Positions 1-8,728 of a DNA stretch of 64,000 nucleotides are shown here, piece after piece; the stretch's first letter is position 1, and the number at the start of each line of letters is the position of its first letter. The stretch is taken from the NCBI GenBank assembly GCA_965262915.1, contig OZ253564.1, forward strand, positions 4,160,001 to 4,224,000. Reading direction: 5' to 3'. The notes under the pieces are model-generated. The model ran no database searches, was not told the origin of the DNA, and worked only from the letters and a program-made list of their open reading frames with translations. The DNA comes from Candidatus Spongiisociaceae bacterium. Its GTDB lineage: Bacteria; Actinomycetota; Acidimicrobiia; Spongiisociales; Spongiisociaceae. Both the position numbers and the translations under genes were made by a program.

Positions 1-1
1 G

Positions 2-2284
2 TTGCACGATGCACTTCGAGAGACGCGCTATTCGGGTCACGATCTGGAGCGTTTCCTCGTACGGGTGACGTTCTGCCTGTTCGCCGACGACACAGGTGTG
101 TTCGAACGGAATATCTTCCTCAATCTGATCACGGAACGCACTAGCGAGGACGGGGCAAACACGGGACAATGGTTGGGACAGCTCTTCGAGGTGCTGGACA
201 CGCCCGAGGCAGATCGGTCTTCGGTTCTGGACGAGGATCTTGACAGGTTCCCCTACGTCAACGGGGGGTTGTTCGAGGGGCAGGTTCGGGTTACTTCGTT
301 CAACGCGAACATGCGGAATCTGCTACTGGAAGCGTGCTGGTTTAACTGGTCGAACATCTCCCCCGCGACCTTCGGGGCGCTGTTCCAGTCGGTGATAGAC
401 CCTGACAAACGGCGGGCGGATGGAGCGCATTACACCACCGAAGCGAACATTATGAAGGTGATCGGCCCGCTCTTCATGGATGGCCTCCAAGAAGAGTTCC
501 AACGTCTCCGGTCGCGTCGTGACAGTCGTCGGGCAGTCGAACTCAAACGGTTCCAACAGAGACTGGGGACCCTGAGCTTTTTCGACCCTGCCTGCGGGTG
601 CGGCAACTTTTTGGTTATCGCCTACCGGGAGCTGAGGCGCCTCGAAATAGAGGTCCTCCGCGAGATCAGGGCCGCTACCGGCCAGTCCGGGCAACAGGCG
701 TTGGATGTGCAGTTGATGTCGCATGTCGATGTGGACCAGTTCTACGGTATCGAGCTGGGAGAGTTCCCGGCGCGGATCGCCGAGACCGCCCTGTGGATGA
801 TGGACCACATCATGAACACCCAGCTGAGCCTGGAGTTCGGACAGACATACACACGTATACCGCTAGAAACCTCACCACGCATCATCTGTGGGGACGCACT
901 GGAAACCGACTGGGCAGCAGTCTTGCCGCCCGACCAGTGCTCCTACGTATTCGGTAATCCACCGTTTTCTGGCTCCAAGATACAGAAATCCCACCGACGC
1001 GGGCAGGTGAAGCAGCTGTTCGGCGGTGGGCGGGGAACTCTGGACTACGTAACCGCCTGGTTCGCGAAGGCCGGAGAGTACCTGCAGGGAAACCGCAGCG
1101 TCCGGATCGGGTTCGTGGCCACAAACTCGATAACCCAAGGTGAACAACCAGGCCAGCTGTGGCCGGTCCTGTTCGACAGGTACAGCCTCGAGATATCGTT
1201 CGCCCACCGTACCTTCGCGTGGGGTTCCGACGCCCGCGGCAAAGCACACGTCCATGTCGTGATTATCGGCTTGGACCACAGCGACCATGCTCCCAAACAG
1301 AAGCGCCTGTTCGACTATCCGGACATCAACGGCCAACCCGACGAAAGCTCTACCACAGCCATATCACCCTATCTCGTCGACGCAGCCCACATGGACGACC
1401 CCCATGTCACAGTGCGGAAAGAATACAACCCCATCAACGGGATGAGCCGCCTGCGCGTCGGCTCCAAGCCCATCGACGGCGGGATCTACATCCTCAACGC
1501 TAACCAACGAGCTGCGTTCCTCGACTCCGAACCCGAAGCGGAACCGTTCCTACGCCCCTACATCGGTGGACGTGAATATCTACACAACGTCGAACGGTGG
1601 ATACTCGTACTTCACGACGCCGCTCCCGACCAATTAGCCCGCCTACCCCAAGTGAAGGAACGCATCAGTCGAGTCCGGTCCTACCGGCTAGCCAGAATAA
1701 GCGCGCCTACCCGTAAGCTAGCCGACACACCAACCCGATACCATGTGAACGTCCTACCTACTGCCCCGTATCTGGTTGTACCGGAATCCAGTTCCGAACG
1801 GAGAGAGTACATACCGATCGGATGGTTAGAACCGCCCACCATTCCCAGCAACCTCGTGAAGGTTCTGACGGACGCTTCGCTAGCCGATTTCGCCCTGCTG
1901 ACATCCACGATGCACATGGAATGGATGCGCCGTATCGGCGGCCGCATCAAAAGCGACTACCGCTACTCGGTCGGAGTGGTCTACAACACCTTCCCCACCC
2001 CACCCGGCTACCACACCAAAGACACCCAGGCGAAACTCGAACCCGTCGCACAAGCCGTCGTCGACGCCCGAGCCGTGTGGCCGCACTCCACACTCGCCAA
2101 CCTGTACGACCCCGACCTGATGCCCCCGAACCTGCGCCGGGCGCACCAGAGCCTAGACCGCACAGTAGACCGCCTATACAGCCGGACCCGTTTCACAACA
2201 CAATCCCAACGGATCCAGCATCTGCTCACGCTCTACCGCAACGCCCAATGCCGAGATGTGCCTACCGGGCGGAGTCCTTCGTGA
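2..2284 (+). CDS. MmeI-like type IIL restriction-modification enzyme (N6-adenine methyltransferase + target recognition domain), 5'-partial
   Basis: FDPACGCGNFL (motif I), GNPPF (motif IV), GAHYT, AHRTFAW, KSDYRYS C-terminal TRD; ORF runs off the window start so the nuclease domain is not visible. Confidence 0.92.
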   Translation: MHDALRETRYSGHDLERFLVRVTFCLFADDTGVFERNIFLNLITERTSEDGANTGQWLGQLFEVLDTPEADRSSVLDEDLDRFPYVNGGLFEGQVRVTSFNANMRNLLLEACWFNWSNISPATFGALFQSVIDPDKRRADGAHYTTEANIMKVIGPLFMDGLQEEFQRLRSRRDSRRAVELKRFQQRLGTLSFFDPACGCGNFLVIAYRELRRLEIEVLREIRAATGQSGQQALDVQLMSHVDVDQFYGIELGEFPARIAETALWMMDHIMNTQLSLEFGQTYTRIPLETSPRIICGDALETDWAAVLPPDQCSYVFGNPPFSGSKIQKSHRRGQVKQLFGGGRGTLDYVTAWFAKAGEYLQGNRSVRIGFVATNSITQGEQPGQLWPVLFDRYSLEISFAHRTFAWGSDARGKAHVHVVIIGLDHSDHAPKQKRLFDYPDINGQPDESSTTAISPYLVDAAHMDDPHVTVRKEYNPINGMSRLRVGSKPIDGGIYILNANQRAAFLDSEPEAEPFLRPYIGGREYLHNVERWILVLHDAAPDQLARLPQVKERISRVRSYRLARISAPTRKLADTPTRYHVNVLPTAPYLVVPESSSERREYIPIGWLEPPTIPSNLVKVLTDASLADFALLTSTMHMEWMRRIGGRIKSDYRYSVGVVYNTFPTPPGYHTKDTQAKLEPVAQAVVDARAVWPHSTLANLYDPDLMPPNLRRAHQSLDRTVDRLYSRTRFTTQSQRIQHLLTLYRNAQCRDVPTGRSPS

Positions 2285-3450
2285 TTAGACGAAAGCGCAG
2301 AACGTTGCGGTCGGCGGAACCGAGGTTTGCGGTTGTGGATGTGGAGACGACCGGGTTCTCCAGACATGACCGCATCGTCGAGTTCGCGTGTGTCACTGTG
2401 GTTGACGGTGCCGTGGTGGAGGAGTACGAAACACTGATACAGCCGCACCGTGACCCGGGGCCGGTCCATATTCATGGAATCACTCCAGATATGCTGCAAT
2501 CGGCGCCACCGTTCGAAGCCGTTGCCGGTGACATAGCTAACCGCCTCGACGGAGCAGTGCTCGTAGCTCACAACATCAGCTTCGACGTAAGGATGCTGGC
2601 CTACGAAGCTGACCGTCTCGAAAGCGGCGGCTTCCACCCTGGAGAAGGATTATGCACCTACAAACTGACCAGACAGAAGCTGGCACTAGCCGCCGCGGAA
2701 GCCGGTCTGCCCGAACCGAACCACACCGCGCTTACCGACGCCCGCACCGTCGCCGCGCTGGTTGACTTGCATGCCCCGCGCCGGGCTGTGCGAGATCTGA
2801 CCGCCGTGTCGTGGGTACCGAACATCTCCGCCAGCCGACTTACCGTACGCCGTCCAGACTCACCACCCCGTCGCGGGTCGCTGCACCAAGCTGCTGCACT
2901 CACCCGCTGGCCAGGCACCCCCGAGGAACCCACCGCGCTGTACCTCGACGTGCTAGACCGCTGCCTAGACGACGGAATCCTCGAAGACGATGAACGCGAA
3001 TGGTTGGATGGCACCGCCAGAGTGCTCGGTATCAGCGAACACGGCAGGACGCAGCTGCACAAGCAGTACTACGAACTCCTTAAAGAACAGATACTCGCCG
3101 ACGGGATCGTCACCCAAGAAGAGCAGCGCCTCGCGGAACAGATCGCCGCTGCGCTCGCTCTCGGACCCACCGGCCTTCCCGTCACGCAGCCTCCCGAGAA
3201 CCCGGTGGACATCCGCGCAGGCATGACAGTGTGCTTCACCGGAACAGCAGTGATCAAAGGTGGCCCCGCTAACAGACTGCTGTTAGAGAAGATCGCCACA
3301 CTAGTCGGGATGCGGACGGTGAAGTCCCTTACCAAGAAATGTGACCTGCTCGTCGCGGCCGATCCGCTATCACAATCCAGGAAAGCCCAAACCGCACGAA
3401 AGCGGGACATCCCGATCATCAGCGTCGAGGACTTTATCGACGCTACTTGA
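2281..3450 (+). CDS. DEDDh 3'-5' exonuclease (DnaQ-like) with helical TerB-like middle region and C-terminal BRCT domain
   Basis: VVDVETTG, LVAHNISFD, HTALTDA exonuclease motifs; VCFTG...SLTKKCDLLVAADP...KAQTARKRDIPII BRCT; GTG start overlaps upstream TGA (GTGA). Confidence 0.85.
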   Translation: MIRRKRRTLRSAEPRFAVVDVETTGFSRHDRIVEFACVTVVDGAVVEEYETLIQPHRDPGPVHIHGITPDMLQSAPPFEAVAGDIANRLDGAVLVAHNISFDVRMLAYEADRLESGGFHPGEGLCTYKLTRQKLALAAAEAGLPEPNHTALTDARTVAALVDLHAPRRAVRDLTAVSWVPNISASRLTVRRPDSPPRRGSLHQAAALTRWPGTPEEPTALYLDVLDRCLDDGILEDDEREWLDGTARVLGISEHGRTQLHKQYYELLKEQILADGIVTQEEQRLAEQIAAALALGPTGLPVTQPPENPVDIRAGMTVCFTGTAVIKGGPANRLLLEKIATLVGMRTVKSLTKKCDLLVAADPLSQSRKAQTARKRDIPIISVEDFIDAT

Positions 3451-3456
3451 CAGCGA

Positions 3457-3627
3457 ATGGCTGATGTACATTCCTCCATACGCTCCGCGAGGTAGCGAAC
3501 CAGCACCCGACCAATCTTCGACATCCTCCACGGCAACCGCTGGGGCAGCCTCCCCACCATCGCCCGCCTCGAAAACGCCCTCAACACCAACCTCTGGGGA
3601 AACGAACACCGCCAGCCGCCGACGTAG
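3457..3627 (+). pseudogene. XRE-family HTH regulator remnant
   Basis: Reads MADVHSSIRSAR*RTSTRPIFDILHGNRWGSLPTIARLENALNTNLWGNEH with an in-frame TAG at 3493. Confidence 0.55.
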
Positions 3628-3732
3628 GTCCCGCGCCGTTCGGGGGTCTCGTCCAGGACCCAACTTGACCCCAACAACGCTGCGTTCGGGTCTGTCGTGG
3701 CTATTGCATGGACGGATGCAATTCGTTCACCG

Positions 3733-4728
3733 TCAGACTACATCCAAGACCTTCTGGACCTTAGGCAAAAGGCGCGTCAGTCTTTCACGGTGGCTCTCAT
3801 ACAGGACCGACGCTTCGACCCGCTGATCTCCGTGCTTCTCGGTGACTATCTGGGCTACGAGTGCCTCAGCCACGATCTCGGCCAACGCGGTCCTCGCCTC
3901 CGATGTGCCGTCCCTGGAGAGGTCTTCACCGACTAGAGGCAGGAGAGACGGCTGTTTCTGGGCGATCCACAGGGTTTGCTCCTCGTCGGACCTTCGGCCT
4001 GGTGGGTCAAAGTAGGAGCGCAGATTGCCAACATCGTGAGAGGCGAACTTGATATTCAGACCGGCGATCCCGGAGTCTCTGCTCATGATTGTCACCGTGG
4101 TTCGGGTAGTGTGTTCTCCAAGCGTTGCGTACAACGTTGATGTGGAACCGAGTTGGGAACCCGTGACGCGTATGGCCGATGTGTAGAAACCGAGCTCCCC
4201 GTCGAGGGACATGGTTGCGATTCCGCCGTCAAGTACCGTTACACCCTCGCTGTCGGATCGTACGCGTATACCCTTGACGATCATCTCTTCGGCTAGTTCG
4301 ACTGGTGCCCAGATCACCAGTGCCTTGGTTTTGTTGAGGCCTAGGGTGTATGTGTCCTTTTCGAACCGGAGTCGGTCAGGCGGCTCTATCGGTGTTGGTG
4401 GTGGAGGCTCTGGGATACCTTCTAGGACCGCAAGGCCCGACCGTTCGCCGATGGATACCTCTAAGAGTCCCTGCTCGGGTTTCAGCGCCCTGATGCGGAC
4501 AGGTGCTGTCAAGACATCGGTGCGGCCGCTTCGGTGGGGTCCGAGCCGGATGGATGCGTCGTTTACGACTTCGAAGGCATCGTCGGGCTCCCGCTCGATA
4601 TCGATGTCTTTGGTGATGATCTGGTTTGCCAGCACGTTCTCGCGGTCGCGCCGGGCAAGTTCAGGGAGATACTTGTAAAATCGCTCGCCGCGGGAGGCTT
4701 CGTCGGACACGGCATGCAAACCGATCAA
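3733..4728 (-). CDS. Hypothetical protein, probably the 5'-truncated C-terminal part of a larger protein
   Basis: 331-aa ORF with protein-like composition (beta-rich segments, Pro linker, helical end); no clear start signal, no recognised motif. Confidence 0.6.
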   Translation of the reverse strand: MIGLHAVSDEASRGERFYKYLPELARRDRENVLANQIITKDIDIEREPDDAFEVVNDASIRLGPHRSGRTDVLTAPVRIRALKPEQGLLEVSIGERSGLAVLEGIPEPPPPTPIEPPDRLRFEKDTYTLGLNKTKALVIWAPVELAEEMIVKGIRVRSDSEGVTVLDGGIATMSLDGELGFYTSAIRVTGSQLGSTSTLYATLGEHTTRTTVTIMSRDSGIAGLNIKFASHDVGNLRSYFDPPGRRSDEEQTLWIAQKQPSLLPLVGEDLSRDGTSEARTALAEIVAEALVAQIVTEKHGDQRVEASVLYESHRERLTRLLPKVQKVLDVV

Positions 4729-5001
4729 TCCCAGTTAGAGAAAACGATCTGACACATGGGCTGCAAGTGTCCGGTACCACGGCGATATCATCGGATACAT
4801 ACTAGCGCCAGCTCGCAGTCTGCATGAGTGGGTTCTACGGGGCGCAGTACATGCAGCAGCAGAATCCAGAATCCAAAGTGAAGCCTGGCAAGATCTTGCC
4901 TCGACGCCCGGATCCGACAACTGGCTGATGGAACTGTTTGGCGAGGGGTTTCTCACGTCTCCTACCGTCCACCACATCGCAACAACCCGAGGAAGGGCAT
5001 C

Positions 5002-5094
5002 ATGGACGGCAAGTATCCGAGTCTCGTATGGATCGCCGTCGGCATCTGGGTGATGATCGGGGGGCAGTGCGCCGCAGCCGTTTTATCGCTGTAG
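5002..5094 (+). CDS. Putative 30-aa hydrophobic small protein
   Basis: MDGKYPSLVWIAVGIWVMIGGQCAAAVLSL*, preceded by RBS-like GAGGAAGGG. Confidence 0.35.
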   Translation: MDGKYPSLVWIAVGIWVMIGGQCAAAVLSL

Positions 5095-5559
5095 GCTGCT
5101 CGCCCGTTGGGTCGATGAATCAGCCTGCCTCGTCCCGCCTCGCCTGGGCCGGGGACACTTCTGCCCGGAGACGATGTAGCGGTGGGGAGGTACCGTTCGG
5201 AGGTGTTCGTCGCCCCATAGCCGGTAATCCAGGTAGTGCTCTAGTCGGGCGATGGTGTCCAGGTCTCCCCAGCTAGTCCCGTTGTAGATATCTTGGGCAG
5301 CTAGGAGGCTGAGTCAGGTCACTCCCTTCTCTGGGCTGCTCACTCCGCCTCAACGCGCTGACGGTTACCGGTCGTTCGGGGGTACGGATCTCCACGGTTC
5401 GGTCTCTGATGCCCTTCCACCGGAAGCGGCCCGATCCGTGGAAGCAGACGTTGCTGCGTTAGACGACCCCTACGAACAAAAGGCTGACTTGATTGATGGT
5501 TCCATAGGCGAAGCGTCGATGTGTCATACGACATCCGGATACTATGCTCAGGGTTGTGC

Positions 5560-5760
5560 GTACTGATTTGATGTGCAGCACAATCAAAGCAGTCGAGCGG
5601 TACAAGTGGGATGACTTAGCCCGGGAACCGCTCGTAGACGTGACTAGCAGGACAAACACTTGGCACATATTGTTCAGAGAGGCCTATGTCGGGCCTGCAA
5701 CCGTAAGCGCTCGTCAAGGTCGCCAAAGTAGCAGGTCACAATGGTTAATTACGTCGAGCC
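5560..5760 (+). promoter_or_regulatory. Probable CRISPR leader
   Basis: AT-richer non-coding stretch directly 5' of repeat 1; contains GCAGGTCA about 30 bp upstream of the repeat. Confidence 0.5.
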
Positions 5761-6012
5761 GTCGCGAAGGGAGCAAGGCTCCCGCATCGTTGAAGCGCCG
5801 TCCGCCATCGCCTCGGCCACCGCCTCGGCCTGGTCGCGAAGGGAGCAAGGCTCCCGCATCGTTGAAGCGCCCGCAGCACGGCCAGGCCAGTTCCGGCTTC
5901 GACAGTCGCGAAGGGAGCAAGGCTCCCGCATCGTTGAAGCTTTGTCTGCGAGTGGGGCTACAACGTCGGCGTGTTGGTCGCGAAGGGAGCAAGGCTCCCG
6001 CATCGTTGAAGC
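5761..6012 (+). CRISPR. CRISPR mini-array, 4 identical 36-bp repeats and 3 x 36-bp spacers, type I-G(I-U)-like repeat, no cas genes in window
   Basis: GTCGCGAAGGGAGCAAGGCTCCCGCATCGTTGAAGC at 5761, 5833, 5905, 5977; hairpin GGGAGC-AAG-GCTCCC; 3' end TTGAAGC. Confidence 0.95.
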
Positions 6013-6129
6013 TGGCGTGCCGAGATCCGAAACGCGGTCTCGTCTCCCGGTGTGTACGGGGGATAGGAACATGCTTGCGGGTCGGTTCCCCACCGGTGGC
6101 CAACCATCCCCGAACGCAGCCCGACCCAC

Positions 6130-6309
6130 CGCGGCATGGAGTTCCTTTACAGCCTCAACCGCCTCAATGTGGCCACAAGCCGCGCTCAGTGTCTCGCCGT
6201 CGTGGTCGCCAGCCCAGAACTCATCCGCGTCCGCTGCCGCACGCCTCGGCAGATGCGGCTCGCGAACGCTCTCGCGCGGCTCGTGGAAGTAGCCACTGAG
6301 CAAGCGTAG
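6130..6309 (+). pseudogene. C-terminal remnant of a TM0106-family RecB-nuclease/SF1 (DNA2-like) helicase
   Basis: RGMEFLYSLNRLNVATSRAQCLAVVVASPELIRVRCRTPRQMRLANALARLVE* contains SF1 motif VI (NRLNVATSRA) and the typical TM0106 tail. Confidence 0.75.
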
Positions 6310-6837
6310 CGGGGAACTCCAAACAGCACCTGGGAGACCGGCGGCCACGCGGGAATGCACGCTACGCGACGAACGGCGCGAGGCCGACGCCAGTGGTGGA
6401 CTCCGACATTGACTCGCACCCCAGAATCAGGAACCTCTTCGATGCGGTCCCGTTCTAATCCCCTGAGCGACGACCTGCGGTCTGGTTGACCTGACAGTTT
6501 CCAGGCCCTGTCGGCCGTGTACTCAACTCTAGAGAGCGAACCTGCCCCCAACTACTCTATCAACGAATGGACATCTGCACGACGCAGGGACTACCTCGCT
6601 GCCGCACTGCTGAACATCGGCTCGTACGACGATTGGTGTGACCCCACTCACAGCGATGCCGAGTCGTTCCTGGCCCAATACCGCACGGTCCACACCCATC
6701 GCCCCCGACCCCACCATGGTCCACCGTCCGACGCAGATGAAGCCGCCGAAGAAGTCTTAAGACTCATCTGTCAATTGCGGAACTCTTATGGACCGACGCG
6801 TGGGCCTAGGACTCCCCACATCGACGTAGAAGCATTA

Positions 6838-8291
6838 CCCGGGTTCAAGGGGTCGTTGCAACACTGCCTTGTTGGAGGGAGTGTAGGAGGTTGTCGAGGG
6901 TCTCGGCGGGGGTCTTCCAGTTGAGGGTTTTGCGGGGTCGGCTGTTGAGTGCTGCGGCGACGGCGTCGAGGTCGCCTCTTGAGTGTCTGTGGAGGTCGGT
7001 GCCTTTGGGGAAGTATTGGCGTAGGAGACCGTTGGTGTTCTCGTTGGTTCCACGCTGCCATGGACTCTGCGGGTCGCAGAAGTAGATGTCGAGGTTGGCC
7101 TCTGTGCGGAGTTGAGCATGCTGGGCCATTTCGACTCCTTGGTCCCAGGTCAGCGAGCGGCGGAGCTGTTGGGGCAGGGTGATGATCGACGCAGCGATAG
7201 CGTCTCGTACGGCTTGGGCGCCGTGGCCGGCGAGAGGGGGCCCGTTGTGGACCCGTTGCTGTTTTCGGTGGCCTGGCATGGGTGGGAGGTGCAGCAGCAT
7301 CGTGAACCTGGTGGTCCGCTCCACCAGTGTTCCGATCGCGGAACTGTGGAGTCCCAGGATCAGGTCGCCTTCCCAGTGTCCTGGCACTGCCCGGTCGTCG
7401 GCCTCGGCGGGGCGTTGGGTGATCATGATCTCGGGAGCAACGAACGTCTTGCGTCGCCTCCGGGTTCGTGCCCGCGGGACCCGCAAAGCTCGCCCGGTTC
7501 GCCCACACGCCACGAGTTCGCGTTTTAGCGCGCCTCGGCCTTGCACATAGGCCGCCTGGTAGATGGCTTCGTGGGAGATTCGCATGGACTCATTGTGGGG
7601 GAAGTCGATCCGGAGCCGGTTCGAGATCTGCTCAGGGCTCCACGACGTTGCCCACCGCTGGGCAGCTCGCCTTCCGTGACGGCGACCCGCCCAGCGCACC
7701 TGGGGTCCTGGCACCAGCTCACCATCCGGGCGGGCGATCTGCCCACCCAAACGATCCTGCACATACTCACGAAGCTCGTCGTTGGCGGCCAGCTTGGAGA
7801 GCTTCGGGCGGCTGGCACGCCGCTCCGCGTGCCACTGCGCTGTCGTTGCCCGATAAACCACACCACGACTACGAGTCGACGCGTTACGGCGCAACTCCCG
7901 CGAAATCGTCGACGCGCAACGACCCACGCGACGACCGATCTCCCGCACCCCCACACCCTGCGCACAGAAGATGGCGATCTCTTCCCGTTCGGTAAACGAC
8001 AGATAACGCCCCGACACCGAACCCAGAGAGATCGGCGGCATCCCACCAGCCTGGCGGAACCATCTAGACCCAACCGCCGGGGACACCCCCGCCCCGGCAG
8101 CCGCGTCCTCACTCGAGACACCCCCAGCGATCCCCTCCCAGAACCGGACCCGATCCTCACGCCGCGCTTTCGACGGCCGACCAGGCGACCACATCCGGCC
8201 GCGCACCGCCCGAATCGCCTCCCGACGCTCCACAACACTCACCGCAAACCTCCTTCATCACCAAGTGTTGCGACCACCAATTGAATCCGCC
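6838..8291 (-). mobile_element. IS30-family insertion sequence
   Basis: Imperfect 28-bp IRs (CCCGGGTTCAAGGGGTCGTTGCAACACT / AGTGTTGCGACCACCAATTGAATCCGCC), 3-bp TTA direct repeats at 6835-6837 and 8292-8294. Confidence 0.9.
6845..8242 (-). CDS. IS30-family transposase
   Basis: HTH (LSFTEREEI...STISRELRRN), WSPEQIS, GHWEGDL, LTWDQG, PWQRGTNENTNGLLRQYFPKG. Confidence 0.96.
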   Translation of the reverse strand: MSVVERREAIRAVRGRMWSPGRPSKARREDRVRFWEGIAGGVSSEDAAAGAGVSPAVGSRWFRQAGGMPPISLGSVSGRYLSFTEREEIAIFCAQGVGVREIGRRVGRCASTISRELRRNASTRSRGVVYRATTAQWHAERRASRPKLSKLAANDELREYVQDRLGGQIARPDGELVPGPQVRWAGRRHGRRAAQRWATSWSPEQISNRLRIDFPHNESMRISHEAIYQAAYVQGRGALKRELVACGRTGRALRVPRARTRRRRKTFVAPEIMITQRPAEADDRAVPGHWEGDLILGLHSSAIGTLVERTTRFTMLLHLPPMPGHRKQQRVHNGPPLAGHGAQAVRDAIAASIITLPQQLRRSLTWDQGVEMAQHAQLRTEANLDIYFCDPQSPWQRGTNENTNGLLRQYFPKGTDLHRHSRGDLDAVAAALNSRPRKTLNWKTPAETLDNLLHSLQQGSVATTP

Positions 8292-8462
8292 TTAGCCAAC
8301 TTGCTCGAAATGCGTTAGCTTCCGCGAGACGTTCCCACCGACTGATGTGCTGGTCAAGGCCCGGGGCGTCACTATCGACGTATGCCTGATGGACCTCACC
8401 CTTGAAAGAGGCGGCTGAGCGAGAAGCGTGAGTGAAACTGTCGATTCCCAGCCTCATGAGAC

Positions 8463-8575
8463 GAGGTGACGCCCGTCGTTCCCTATCTCTGAGGTGACGT
8501 CGTCCGGGTTCTGGAGGCGACGTCCTCTACTGCCCCTGAGCGAACTCCCTGGTGGGGGGTGGTCGCGAAGACCCC
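8463..8575 (+). repeat. Dispersed island repeat, copy A (three GAGGTGACG-type boxes + GGTCGCGAAGACCCC)
   Basis: Boxes at 8463, 8491, 8514; GGTCGCGAAG at 8561, 47 bp after the last box; followed by CACGAC-rich tail. Confidence 0.85.
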
Positions 8576-8682
8576 ACGGCACGGCACGACGACCGACGGC
8601 GACGCCCGGCTTTCGCCCCCGGCCCATTGAGCACTACGGCTCGGCCTGGCTGTGGACGTTCTGCAGAGGTTCGTCTACAGAC

Positions 8683-8728
8683 CCTACCCATAACGACATC
8701 AAAGTAGTTGAATGTCGTCATGGGTAGG
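8683..8728. promoter_or_regulatory. About 20-bp inverted repeat overlapping the fic start codon
   Basis: CCTACCCATAACGACATCAA-AGTAG-TTGAATGTCGTCATGGGTAGG (1 mismatch, 1 bulge). Confidence 0.6.

Larger units (their letters stand above)
6517..8318 (+). pseudogene. Hypothetical gene interrupted by IS30 (weak ImmA/IrrE N-terminal resemblance)
   Basis: Removing IS30 and one TTA joins ...PHIDVEAL to ANLLEMR*. Confidence 0.4.

Noticed and set aside
1822-2280. N-terminal extension of the 542-aa exonuclease ORF
   Set aside because: Overlaps the R-M gene out of frame; GTG at 2281 is the plausible start
6042-6070. GTCTCCCGGTGTGTACGGGGGATAGGAAC resembling a type I-E repeat after the last spacer-like segment
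   Set aside because: Single copy, imperfect stem, unrelated to the array repeat
5544-6360. ORFs of 129-251 aa with repeated peptides (REGSKAPASLK etc.)
   Set aside because: They are translations of the CRISPR repeats
8264-8291. IS30 IR contains GGTGGTCGC (reverse strand), as does the dispersed repeat
   Set aside because: The rest of the IR is absent from the repeats, so they are not IS30 ends
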